Shown here piece after piece: positions 17,805-27,345 of a stretch of DNA of 64,000 nt (its first letter is position 1; every line of letters starts with the position of its first letter). The DNA is from a virus: the IMG/VR virus record IMGVR_UViG_3300037261_000044, positions 1-64,000 of that record; one strand, 5' to 3'. The notes under the pieces are model-generated. The model was not told the DNA's origin. It searched no databases and saw only the letters and a list, made by a program, of their open reading frames with translations. The translations under genes were made by a program, and so were the position numbers.

Positions 17805-18623
17805 ATGAGCCGTGTACGTCTAACCAAAATTGCCGCCCCCAGCAACCCTCCGGCGAGTACCGCCGAGTTGTATTACGACACAACGGACTCCAAGTTGGAA
17901 GCCATCGACGCATCGGGCAACCGACTGCGGCTCGGCGGGTTTGCCACATCGGACTACCGCCTCGTGCAGATAGTGCACATCTACCTGACTGCGACCGGGT
18001 ACACGCCATCGGCGGGCGTCCGCGCACTGTTCGTGCAGGCGCTCGGGGCAGGTGGTCAAGGCGGCGGCGCACTGAACGGAGCAACCAACGCGGCGGGCGG
18101 CGGCGGCGGCGCAGGAGCCTACGCTGAGGACTGGATTACGGCTGGCGTGGCTGGACACGGCGCTTACACGATTCAGGTCGGTGTAGGCGGGTCTGGCGCG
18201 GCTGCCGGTAACACGGCTGGCAACAACGGCACGTCCACCTTCTTCGACACGAACGTGGTCACGGCCAACGGTGGCACTGGCGGCGCAGGCATGGCGAACG
18301 TCGCCGTCCCGAACATCGGTGCCGCAGGCGGACTCGGCGGCGCGGCCTCGAACCAGCCGAACGGTGTACAGAGTGGATTCGCGCTGGCGGGCGCGGCGGG
18401 CGACCGTGGAGTGATTCAGGCAGCAGGGACGGCCTTCTCCGGCAAGGGAGCCGATAGCATCTGGGGCGGCGGCGGCATTTCGGCTGTCGCGGACGGCACC
18501 GGCAACAACGCAGTCGGTTACGGTGGCGGCGGCAGCGGTGGACTGGTCTTGAGCAGCGGTGCTGTGGCCCGCGCGGGCGGCACCGGTTTCGCTGGCCTGC
18601 TCGTCATCTGGGAGTATGCGTAG
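17805..18623 (+). CDS. Glycine-rich tail fibre-type protein
   Basis: YTPSAG..ALFVQALGAGGQGGG, GGGGGAGAY and a terminal G..GLLVIWEY match the common phage glycine-rich domain. Confidence 0.75.
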   Translation: MSRVRLTKIAAPSNPPASTAELYYDTTDSKLEAIDASGNRLRLGGFATSDYRLVQIVHIYLTATGYTPSAGVRALFVQALGAGGQGGGALNGATNAAGGGGGAGAYAEDWITAGVAGHGAYTIQVGVGGSGAAAGNTAGNNGTSTFFDTNVVTANGGTGGAGMANVAVPNIGAAGGLGGAASNQPNGVQSGFALAGAAGDRGVIQAAGTAFSGKGADSIWGGGGISAVADGTGNNAVGYGGGGSGGLVLSSGAVARAGGTGFAGLLVIWEYA

Positions 18624-19120
18624 TGTCTACAGAGTTCAAGGTACGTCGCAGCAGGCTCAGGGGCGCGGCTAACGCGCGACTGCGCGGCGTCCCTTCTGTC
18701 GTCCTCTCCGGCCCAATCTACGCCAGTGAGGCGACGGCAGGCATCGTACGGCAGCCTAGCGCGGTCACAGTGATGATTCCCGGCCCCCGGCCCCGTGTGG
18801 GCGTCATCATGGCCGGAGCGGGCGTGACGCCCTCCGTGAGAGTCGGTATACTGAATAGAGACGCGGTGACGGCCACCATCGGGAACGTGAAGTCCCCGCA
18901 CGCCGTATCTCCACCCACAGCAGGCAGGCGGACGGCCCAAGGCCGCGTCGCCGTCCCGCAAACGGCGGTTGCCCCTGCTCCCCAACCTCGGAATGCTGCG
19001 ACCGGAGAAGACCCCCGTGGGGCCATCCCTGCGGCCACAGGCTCGGTCAAGGTGCCCACCAAGGCCACCGGCACTGTCAAGGTGCCTACGCCGGGTACAT
19101 CTACCGGCAGGAGCAGCTAA
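18623..19120 (+). CDS. Basic Pro/Arg-rich hypothetical protein
   Basis: Coupled on both sides (TAGTG, TAATG). Confidence 0.55.
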   Translation: MSTEFKVRRSRLRGAANARLRGVPSVVLSGPIYASEATAGIVRQPSAVTVMIPGPRPRVGVIMAGAGVTPSVRVGILNRDAVTATIGNVKSPHAVSPPTAGRRTAQGRVAVPQTAVAPAPQPRNAATGEDPRGAIPAATGSVKVPTKATGTVKVPTPGTSTGRSS

Positions 19121-20235
19121 TGGCTATCGACCTGATTCTCCCCCTCTCCGAAGTAGACGCTCTCATTGGCACAGCCGTTGACAAGTTCGACAACATGAAG
19201 CTGTACCGGGCGTCAACGCGCGGCGGCGTGTACACTCTTGTGACCACCATCCTGCTGGTCTCCGGTACACGGGGATACAGTTTCACCGACACGACCGGCC
19301 TCACGTCCTCATGGTACAAGGTCACGCTCTACAACAGCGTCACCGTCTTCGAGACGGACATCGCTGTAGCAGAACCGTTCCCGGCAGCGCGCGACATCAC
19401 GACGCGCACGCAACTCCGGCAATACGTCATCCGCAAGTTCGGAGGGGAAATCTACACCCCGTCCGCGTACGCCACGCAGTCGGTCACCTTGCCCGATGTC
19501 ATCGACACAGGAGAGGACTCCGACTATTTCGCTGGGTGGCACATCTTCCGACCCACCGCTGCGGCGACGGCGGACACCGACCGACGCGCGGTCTCCATCT
19601 CCGGCAACGTACTCACCCATGGTGGACGTGCCTACGCCGGGACAGCGATTGGCTCTGAGCAGGTAGAACTCTGCAACCTCGACCTGCCGCTCACCGTCCT
19701 GAACGACACTATCGGCGACGGCTTGCTCAACACGCGGTACGTCAGTCGGTACGAGTTCGGCGCGCAGAGTGGCGTCCTTCAGTACAGTCTCCCCAACTTT
19801 GTGGAGGGGCCGGAGTACGTGGTCGATGCATGGATTCGTTTCGGAGCGACGGTCGCCAGTTACCGGTGGGAACAGATGTCTAGCAGCGGGCGCTGGTGGA
19901 AGGTGCGCGGCAGCAACTTCCAGTGCATCCTCGACATCAACCCGGCACGCTCCCAGAACGAAGTGCTGGCGCTCGACACGTGGCGTCCCGGTGAGAAGTT
20001 GGACTCTGAGAGCGACTTCACTGTAGTGCAGCCGCTCTGGGCCAAGGCCGCAGCCATGGTCTCCGTCATCGAATACCTCATCACGCGAGACCTCGCGCGG
20101 CACGGGAAGACAGAGTACGGGCCGATGCTCGACCTGTGGACGAAGAAGCTGCGCCAGTGCAGCAAGAAGTACGGGCCGACACCGGGGATGCGCATGCAGG
20201 TGCCGCAGCCTATCGGAGCGTTCCCGGAGATTTAA
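19120..20235 (+). CDS. Putative head-tail adaptor/tail tubular protein
   Basis: Immediately before the large nozzle-like gene; YSLP motif and helical C-terminus as in podovirus adaptors. Confidence 0.5.
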   Translation: MAIDLILPLSEVDALIGTAVDKFDNMKLYRASTRGGVYTLVTTILLVSGTRGYSFTDTTGLTSSWYKVTLYNSVTVFETDIAVAEPFPAARDITTRTQLRQYVIRKFGGEIYTPSAYATQSVTLPDVIDTGEDSDYFAGWHIFRPTAAATADTDRRAVSISGNVLTHGGRAYAGTAIGSEQVELCNLDLPLTVLNDTIGDGLLNTRYVSRYEFGAQSGVLQYSLPNFVEGPEYVVDAWIRFGATVASYRWEQMSSSGRWWKVRGSNFQCILDINPARSQNEVLALDTWRPGEKLDSESDFTVVQPLWAKAAAMVSVIEYLITRDLARHGKTEYGPMLDLWTKKLRQCSKKYGPTPGMRMQVPQPIGAFPEI

Positions 20236-20238
20236 CCC

Positions 20239-23142
20239 ATGAGTCAGCCACGCAGCGCTGGGTATGTCGGCATCAATGGCGTGCCGTTTGCAGTCGTCAA
20301 AGACCCCAAGACGAATGCATTCACGTACATGCGCCAGAGCACGCCCAAGAAGGCTGTGCAGTCCACCCGGCGTAACACCTCAACCGGCCAGTCCAACATG
20401 ATTGAGGCGAAGTTCCAATACACGGATGGCGTCGGCGACGAGAGCGTGAACGACACGCGCGACACGATGCACTACACCATGAACCTCTTCACGGAGCGCC
20501 AAGGTGAAGCCGTCATCCTCCCCGGAATGATTGCGGTCGTCCCAGACGACGACCCCAGTTCCACCATCGCTGACTCCAACATGATATGGAATGCTCCCGT
20601 GTTTGCGTGGGAGCAGTATGGCCTGCTCGGCGACGTGCAGACGTACTTCCTTGCCGACCACCGGGCATTCAACTTCCGGGTGCGCTCTGGCATGACGATG
20701 ACGCTGGACGAGGACATGTACTTCGAAGGGAGTACGCGGCCTACTGGCGGCACCACCTTCGGCAACCTCGCGTATGCTGCCATGGGCGGCGGCGCAAGCA
20801 ACAAGGATAGATACCTCCGACGCCGCGACCCAACGACCGGCGTGTGGACGAACGACGACAACAACCAGATTACCTACGACAGCGTAGCGAATGATACCGG
20901 CGCGCCGAAGTTCCACACGACGACTGCTCACGGGTACAGCGTTGGTGATGTCGTCTTCATCACACCGATTAGCAGCGACTCTACGAATAAGTACGCCGGT
21001 CTCTGGACAATCTCAGCGGTCGCAGACACGACCCACTTCACGCTCGGGGCAGCGGTGTGGGCGGCAACCGAGAATGGCACCGTCAACCTCCAAGACTCTG
21101 ACGTGATGGCTGAGCAACTGTGCATCGTCGGAGATGAGATGGTGCGGACGTTCTACACCACTGCTGATGGATGGCAGACGAGCCGGGTGGACATCGTAGG
21201 TAGCAACGAACTGCTTGCAGCTAACTGGACGGCAGGCATCGGTATCCTCAACGTCGGCGACAAGTTCAGCCGACCGACTGCTCTCATCTCAACTGGTGAG
21301 GGTGAACTGGTCATGAAGCCCGAGGGCGTCTTCAAGTACGACGTAGGGCGCGCCCTGTATGCCAACGAGATTCCCGCGCTTGCTAGTCATCGCCACCCAG
21401 ACAACGGGCGCGGTTCCTTCGAGTGGAAGGGCTGGGTCTACATCCCGACCATCATTGGCATCTACCGGTGGAAGAGCGGCATCGTGCAGGACGTGACGCC
21501 GGGGCGCGGCGGAACGCAGGGATTCGACACTCCTATCGGCCCGGTGGCGTTCATGACGGGCGATGCTGACCGCCTGTACGCGGTCATCCAGCCGTATCAG
21601 GTCAATCAGCCACAGACTGAGGCCGTGACTTCCAAGCACTACGCTTACGCACAGGGCGGTGGGTTCAACACGCCGACCTTCGTAAACGAGAGTCTTGTCT
21701 TCGATGGCGACATGACCACGGCTGATAACCTGTCCAGCATGGCGGCTGATGGATTCATTTACGTCGGCAGCCTCCGAGAGTTCCACCGCATCAACCTGAA
21801 GTTTGCTATCCCCGGCGACCTCGTTGGTGGACTGAATGCCACGGGCAACGCAGCCGTGGGCGGCGCGACCCTGAAGGTACAACTGTGGTGCGACACCAAC
21901 GGCGATGGCGTCGGCGATGCATGGGTGACCAAGACTATCTACTACGACGGGACACGCGGGTGGGACAACACAGACAATGACCCGTGCAGTCTGTTCCAGT
22001 CCGGCGACATCGTATTCGGCCCGCGCACAGATGCGGCGTCCGGTGAAGACACGTGGAAGAACGACGCGCACAAGTTCGGCGGGTCGGTGAACGCCGTCCT
22101 TACAGATGGATTCTACTGGGCGCGCATTGGCATCAGCGCTGCCGTTAACGGCACCGTCCTGCTTGAGGAAGTGGACATCGGTTCACATGCGGACAACTCG
22201 TTCGAGCCGCAGATGACGACTGAGATTGCCAACGACCACGGTGGTGTCATGTACGTCCTCAGCATGACGGAAGAGCAGGGACGCGGCGTCATCTGGCGTC
22301 ACATGTGGGCTGTGGCTGTGCCCGACCTGACTCGCAACACCGGGCGCGTCTACGGTGGCCCGCAGCGCGTCGGACTGGCGAAAATCATTCAGCCACAGTT
22401 CTCGCGAGCGGCACAGGTCGGCGACCGGTACCTCTTCATCGGCTTGCAGAACATCAGTTACCTGTGCCCGCTGGGGAACCACCCTGACCCGACCTCTCAG
22501 CCATACAACCAGTTCTTCCCGTACACGGGAGCGGGCATCGACAACGGCACGCGACCCGTTATCGGGGTGACACCATTCACGGACTTTGGCCTCTCCATCG
22601 AGCCGAAGGTGCTGAAGGAAATCGAGTTTCAGTCAGACGGTATCGACCTCTCTAGCGTTGAACTCTGGTACGCCGTGGACTACGGTAACTGGCAGTTTGC
22701 CGGGATGGCCGACGACTGCATACCCAACCTGCCATTCGTCTTTGCAGGAGGCACCGAGCCATACGGGTCGTACTTCGCCGTGGCCTTCTGCTACGAGGCA
22801 GACTCCGACACCGAGTTGCGCGCTGACCGTTTCTTCGACCTCGTGATACGGGCACAGCCACGGCCTGAGATGGCTGAGACTGTCCGGCTCTCTGTCATCC
22901 TTGAGTATGACCAGCAGTTGCCGGGAGCCATCAAGCGCCGGTCGCCGTCGAACTCCTACGCGGACTTGGTGGCGCTACAGGGGGCTAAGACAACCATTCC
23001 ATTCAGGAACATCAACGGCGACACCGAGTACGTCCATATCCTTCAGGTCTCACAGCACGCGACGTTGAACACGAACGACAAACCAGTGCTGGTAGCAGAT
23101 GTGATTCTCGCCGTGGGTACGGCACAAGTATTGGCACCATAA
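20239..23142 (+). CDS. Putative tail nozzle/stabilisation protein (beta-propeller-like) with inserted domains
   Basis: 967 aa, beta-rich; TTTAHGYSVGDVVFIT...GLWTISAVADTTHFTL resembles the FCCH-like insert of phage tail proteins; C-terminal TDFG....PKVLKEI. Confidence 0.55.
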   Translation: MSQPRSAGYVGINGVPFAVVKDPKTNAFTYMRQSTPKKAVQSTRRNTSTGQSNMIEAKFQYTDGVGDESVNDTRDTMHYTMNLFTERQGEAVILPGMIAVVPDDDPSSTIADSNMIWNAPVFAWEQYGLLGDVQTYFLADHRAFNFRVRSGMTMTLDEDMYFEGSTRPTGGTTFGNLAYAAMGGGASNKDRYLRRRDPTTGVWTNDDNNQITYDSVANDTGAPKFHTTTAHGYSVGDVVFITPISSDSTNKYAGLWTISAVADTTHFTLGAAVWAATENGTVNLQDSDVMAEQLCIVGDEMVRTFYTTADGWQTSRVDIVGSNELLAANWTAGIGILNVGDKFSRPTALISTGEGELVMKPEGVFKYDVGRALYANEIPALASHRHPDNGRGSFEWKGWVYIPTIIGIYRWKSGIVQDVTPGRGGTQGFDTPIGPVAFMTGDADRLYAVIQPYQVNQPQTEAVTSKHYAYAQGGGFNTPTFVNESLVFDGDMTTADNLSSMAADGFIYVGSLREFHRINLKFAIPGDLVGGLNATGNAAVGGATLKVQLWCDTNGDGVGDAWVTKTIYYDGTRGWDNTDNDPCSLFQSGDIVFGPRTDAASGEDTWKNDAHKFGGSVNAVLTDGFYWARIGISAAVNGTVLLEEVDIGSHADNSFEPQMTTEIANDHGGVMYVLSMTEEQGRGVIWRHMWAVAVPDLTRNTGRVYGGPQRVGLAKIIQPQFSRAAQVGDRYLFIGLQNISYLCPLGNHPDPTSQPYNQFFPYTGAGIDNGTRPVIGVTPFTDFGLSIEPKVLKEIEFQSDGIDLSSVELWYAVDYGNWQFAGMADDCIPNLPFVFAGGTEPYGSYFAVAFCYEADSDTELRADRFFDLVIRAQPRPEMAETVRLSVILEYDQQLPGAIKRRSPSNSYADLVALQGAKTTIPFRNINGDTEYVHILQVSQHATLNTNDKPVLVADVILAVGTAQVLAP

Positions 23143-23888
23143 TGAGCGGCGACCTCTACCCCATCAGCGTGAACCCCGGCCCCGGCGGTGACAACACCAT
23201 TCCGGGGTACTACACTGTGCCGCAACCGGTGGCTGCCGCAGCAGGCGGTCAGAGTACCATCGGCGGGTCGGACGTGGGCGTGAACACGCAAGACGACACG
23301 CGCGTACTCGACTTGATTAAGCAGTACCTCAACACCAGCAGCGTGCTGAACGAGTTGAACTACCGCCTCATCGTCAACAACCGGAACATCGTCGCAGGCA
23401 TTGGAGCCAAGGTGGTAGACGGATGGTACTCCCCTAACAGTATCGCGCTTCAGAGCACCGATGAGGGGACTCACACAGGTCTTGAGCATCACGTTGACCA
23501 TACCATCACCATCCCGGCAGGGAACTTTCCGCTGCTCGTTGATTTCTCTGCGCGGCTGCATCTCACGTATGTTGCCAACGTCATCACCACCTCTGATGTT
23601 CAGATGGAGTGTGACCTCTACGTGGATGGCGTAATCCTACCGGACTTCACGCAGTTCTATCTCACACAGAACCGAACGATGGGTCAGACGTACGCGCTCG
23701 ATACGGTACTAAGTCTGCACACGGCCATCCCTGCTGGGTTGTCGGAGGGGAAGCACACCTTTTCGATTCACTACCTATGGGCGCAGATACACAAGAACGA
23801 TAACTCTGTCAGTTTCACCCGGAGCGAGGAACGGCTCATCGTATCGCAGACCGCACTAGCACTACTGCAAGAGGGCGAACCCGCCTAG
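23142..23888 (+). CDS. Putative tail protein
   Basis: Coupled to the nozzle-like gene; beta-sandwich-like C-terminus. Confidence 0.55.
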   Translation: MSGDLYPISVNPGPGGDNTIPGYYTVPQPVAAAAGGQSTIGGSDVGVNTQDDTRVLDLIKQYLNTSSVLNELNYRLIVNNRNIVAGIGAKVVDGWYSPNSIALQSTDEGTHTGLEHHVDHTITIPAGNFPLLVDFSARLHLTYVANVITTSDVQMECDLYVDGVILPDFTQFYLTQNRTMGQTYALDTVLSLHTAIPAGLSEGKHTFSIHYLWAQIHKNDNSVSFTRSEERLIVSQTALALLQEGEPA

Positions 23889-23901
23889 AAAAGAGAACCC
23901 C

Positions 23902-24150
23902 ATGTACCAGACGACAGACATCTATCTCGCAGGCGTGCTCTTCGCGGAAGGTGTGCACTACACCGGACTTGAATCCGTCGCCGGAGACTGGAAGGACAAC
24001 TTCGTGTTCGACCAGCCTGACCCTGCGTTGCTCGCCGGTTGGCAGAGCGGTACACTGAAGGTAGGAGCGCTCGCATACGCTAATGCACTTCGCAAGCTGA
24101 AGAGGGACGTTAAGCAACGTCAACGTGAGAAGGAGAGCAATCGTGGCTAA
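23902..24150 (+). CDS. DUF5659-like small protein
   Basis: YQTTDIYLAGVL...G...FVF pattern. Confidence 0.5.
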   Translation: MYQTTDIYLAGVLFAEGVHYTGLESVAGDWKDNFVFDQPDPALLAGWQSGTLKVGALAYANALRKLKRDVKQRQREKESNRG

Positions 24151-24394
24151 GAGAACGAAGAACCCGGCGACAGCGCGGGCCAACCTGTCGGTAATGACGT
24201 TGCGGGTCGCCCATGAAGCACTGCAACTTGTCTCCAAGCCAAACGCGCAGTCGATGTTCAACTGTGCGCAAGCCATGGCCGAAATCGAGGCCATCCTTGC
24301 GGCGCTACCGCAGGGAGAGCCTGCCTCGGCTCCTGAGGAAGTACCAGCACCAGCGCCCGTCGCCAAGACCAAAGGTAACCGCAAGCGGAAGTAG
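24143..24394 (+). CDS. Small hypothetical protein
   Basis: AAGGAG SD before GTG 24143. Confidence 0.55.
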   Translation: MAKRTKNPATARANLSVMTLRVAHEALQLVSKPNAQSMFNCAQAMAEIEAILAALPQGEPASAPEEVPAPAPVAKTKGNRKRK

Positions 24395-24532
24395 AACAGG
24401 AAGGTGACCCATGCGATTCTTTCGCCGAGAGCCAAAAGAAGAAAGAGTCGTGCGGCAACCTTGCTCTGTTCTCTACGTCACCCACTCAAGGCATGCGCCT
24501 AGCGCTCCCTGCATAGTGACCGTTCACTGCAC

Positions 24533-25603
24533 GTGCCCCGTCCTGACACACAGGTACCAGATACGATGCCAAGACACAGACAGCAAAACTCCGACCCCGG
24601 CGACGACGCTTCAGCCCCTCCCGGACTCAGCGGCGATGTCGAACTCAAACGAAGGTTCGACGCAAAGTTCCGCCTAAACGAGTTCGGGTGCTGGATATGG
24701 CAGGCGCACGTTGACAAGGACGACTACGGTCAGTTCAAGGTCAAGGGTGTGCTACAGCGGTCGCACCGTGCGGCATGGCTCATCTATCGCGGCCCTATCC
24801 CTGCTGGTTACGACATCGACCACAAGTGCGATAAGGTAATAGGCGGGCCTCCGCTGCCTGACCGCAAGTGCGTCAACCCCGAACATCTCGAAGTCGTCAC
24901 ACACGCCGAGAACATGCGCCGAATGCAGGAGCACAACGAAGCGGCCAAGGCCGTGTTCGCGCCCGCTCTCAGTGGCCCCGAGCAGATGCTCATCTGGGCC
25001 GAAGAACTCATTGACGAAAGCGGCTTCGAACTCATAGAGCCTATCGCCGTGATGAACGTTGAGGGCGCACCATGGCGTAGGTTCGAGTACGAGTTCGAGG
25101 ACGGGTTGAAGACGGAGGAAGCACCTTTCGCTCTGCTCGCCATCTTCCTGCACCTCCTGCGCTCAGGAGTCGAACGCAGTGTCGCCGTCCGCCACATCCT
25201 CAAGATGAACCCCTTCTCCATCAAGCGCTGGAACCAGAACGATGAATGGCGCAATGACATCATGGCCGCTACCCGGTCTGCCCGCACGAAGCGATGGGTA
25301 GACCTTGAGGGCCACATGATGGACACCGCAGACCGGAACATGGACAGGTGGCAAGGTCGCGATGTCGTGAACTGGGCCAAGGTCATCGAGAAGCACATCG
25401 AGTTCGAGGCCGGTGTCATCAATCCCAAGCACGGAGCCGTCCAACTCATTGGCGGCAACAACGTCTTCATCAGTCTTCCACCCGGTGCAACTCTCGATGA
25501 TGCGCTTGACATCATCGACTCCACGGCGCGCGACGTGACCAACGACCCGGAGCCTGACCTCCTGCCACCACCCAACGAACTGGACGAGGCACCGTTTGAG
25601 TAA
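24533..25603 (+). CDS. HNH endonuclease domain fused to putative small terminase (start may be 24566)
   Basis: GCWIW...YGQF...SHRAAW...IDHKC...CVNPEHLEVVTHAEN is an HNH_3-type motif; the C-terminal half is helical and HTH-like; TAATG-coupled to TerL. Confidence 0.6.
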   Translation: MPRPDTQVPDTMPRHRQQNSDPGDDASAPPGLSGDVELKRRFDAKFRLNEFGCWIWQAHVDKDDYGQFKVKGVLQRSHRAAWLIYRGPIPAGYDIDHKCDKVIGGPPLPDRKCVNPEHLEVVTHAENMRRMQEHNEAAKAVFAPALSGPEQMLIWAEELIDESGFELIEPIAVMNVEGAPWRRFEYEFEDGLKTEEAPFALLAIFLHLLRSGVERSVAVRHILKMNPFSIKRWNQNDEWRNDIMAATRSARTKRWVDLEGHMMDTADRNMDRWQGRDVVNWAKVIEKHIEFEAGVINPKHGAVQLIGGNNVFISLPPGATLDDALDIIDSTARDVTNDPEPDLLPPPNELDEAPFE

Positions 25604-27255
25604 TGGACGGAAAACAGTTCGGCAACGGCAAAGACATCCAGTCCGTCATTGACGACATAAACGCCATCCCGGACAGGCGCGAGCGTGAGGACACCCGACG
25701 AAAGTTCATGCTCGGGATGGCCCGACACGACGACCTGACCGGGTTCGTCTTCTACTGCCTCTACGTTCATGGCTGGCGACTGACACCGCACCTCCGCGAG
25801 TGGGCGCGCATGCTCATCGCCGGAGAGCGCGTCTGCATCGTCGCTCCCCCGGACTCCGGCAAGACTCGACTGCTGCGTGCGTGGTGCGAATGGGCCATCG
25901 GTCTACGGCGCGACCGCGCCATCATGGTCATCGGCAACACCGTGAAGCAGGCCAAGAAGGTGGTCTGGGCGGTGGGCATGGTCATTAGCCACAGCCCGCG
26001 CTACAAGGAAGTCTTTCCCGACGTGAAGCCCACGGACAACTGGGCCATGGACTCCATCACCGTCGAGCGCTCCGGTTGCCCCATGGAGTTCCGCATGGAG
26101 GCCACCCTGTCCGGCTTCGGTATCGACGGCGCATATCAGGGTGTCCACGTAGACGACATTATCATTGACGACCCGACCGACCAGAAGGACGTGAACAGTC
26201 CACCGACCATGCTCATGCAGCGCGAGCAACTGACCGGTGTGCTGTACGACCGATTGAAGGAGGGTGGTAACCTTTTCAGCATTCTCACGCGGTGGGCCGA
26301 CGACGACCTTGCCCCGACGTTGGAGCAGATTGGTATCACCATCAAGTCCTACCCGGCGTACCGCGACGCGGCTGACCCGTACTCGTGGGACACTGGCCCC
26401 TTCGATGATGATGAGCACCCGGTGTCCCTGCTCTGCGCGACATGGTTGAACTGGACGCAACTCGAAGAGAAGCGGTTCGCCAAGAAGGATGACCTCTTCA
26501 AGCTGACCTTCATGAACCAGACAGAGGGCGCTGTCCGGGGCGTCAAGGTCTTCCCACTGCTCGACAAAGCCAAGCACTACATCTCGATGCAGGAGAAGGG
26601 CTACCAGTTCATTAAGGTCGTCGCCAAGCGCATGGGCGCTGACTGGGGCACGACCATCCAGCACCAGAGCGCTATGGTCGTCGTGACGCGCAACACGCAC
26701 CAGCAGATATGGGTGCGCGCCGCGTGGATGTCCCCCAGTGGTTCCTCCATAGAGATGGGGGAGAAGGCCGCTGAGTGGAAGGAACGCTTCGGTGTCAACC
26801 TCGTGCACTACGACCGCACGCAGGGCAGCCTCAAGGACATGTTCGAGCAGCTAGGCATCACCCCGTTCAAGGGTGAGAACAGTGTGCACCTGCGCATCGG
26901 TGCGCTCCGCACGTTGCTAGAGCATGACCTGTTCTACGTGGACATGACTGGCGAGGGCACACAAAAGCTATGGAGCCAGATTGTCAGCTACCGGTACGAT
27001 GAGGTGGGTAACCCGCTTGAGGTGCAGGATGACCTCGTGGACGCTCTGCTGTACGCCGTCTTCGCCATCCTCGAAGTCTCGCGCCAAGGCGTCGGCCCCA
27101 TGCACGAGATTGTGCCGACCAACGGCAGTAACAAGTACCATCCCTACGACCCAGACCACGACGACTTCGACCCGGCCAAAGAGATGATGCCCACGGTGGG
27201 GCCGGACATCTCCAAGCGCCGGACGACGATGACCGGGTACGGCAAGGGCGTATAG
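25603..27255 (+). CDS. terL: Terminase large subunit
   Basis: Walker A APPDSGKT, Walker B IIIDD, LTRW coupling motif, nuclease GADWG ... DDLVDA. Confidence 0.92.
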   Translation: MDGKQFGNGKDIQSVIDDINAIPDRREREDTRRKFMLGMARHDDLTGFVFYCLYVHGWRLTPHLREWARMLIAGERVCIVAPPDSGKTRLLRAWCEWAIGLRRDRAIMVIGNTVKQAKKVVWAVGMVISHSPRYKEVFPDVKPTDNWAMDSITVERSGCPMEFRMEATLSGFGIDGAYQGVHVDDIIIDDPTDQKDVNSPPTMLMQREQLTGVLYDRLKEGGNLFSILTRWADDDLAPTLEQIGITIKSYPAYRDAADPYSWDTGPFDDDEHPVSLLCATWLNWTQLEEKRFAKKDDLFKLTFMNQTEGAVRGVKVFPLLDKAKHYISMQEKGYQFIKVVAKRMGADWGTTIQHQSAMVVVTRNTHQQIWVRAAWMSPSGSSIEMGEKAAEWKERFGVNLVHYDRTQGSLKDMFEQLGITPFKGENSVHLRIGALRTLLEHDLFYVDMTGEGTQKLWSQIVSYRYDEVGNPLEVQDDLVDALLYAVFAILEVSRQGVGPMHEIVPTNGSNKYHPYDPDHDDFDPAKEMMPTVGPDISKRRTTMTGYGKGV

Positions 27256-27340
27256 CGGGAAGGGAGGGGTCACGTCTGACCCCTCCCCCGCTGGCAGGTG
27301 TGAAAACCTCTTGCCAGTATCGCCAGTCTCTACTGGCATC
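27255..27340. terminator. Triple hairpin at a convergent gene junction
   Basis: GGAGGGGTCA/TGACCCCTCC, CTGGCA/TGCCAG and GCCAGT/ACTGGC stems between convergent stops. Confidence 0.65.
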
Positions 27341-27345
27341 CAGTT

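Noticed and set aside
24411-24677. 88-aa ORF upstream of the HNH-TerS gene
   Set aside because: Overlaps the next gene extensively and has no motif; only its 5' part is plausible, so it was not called.
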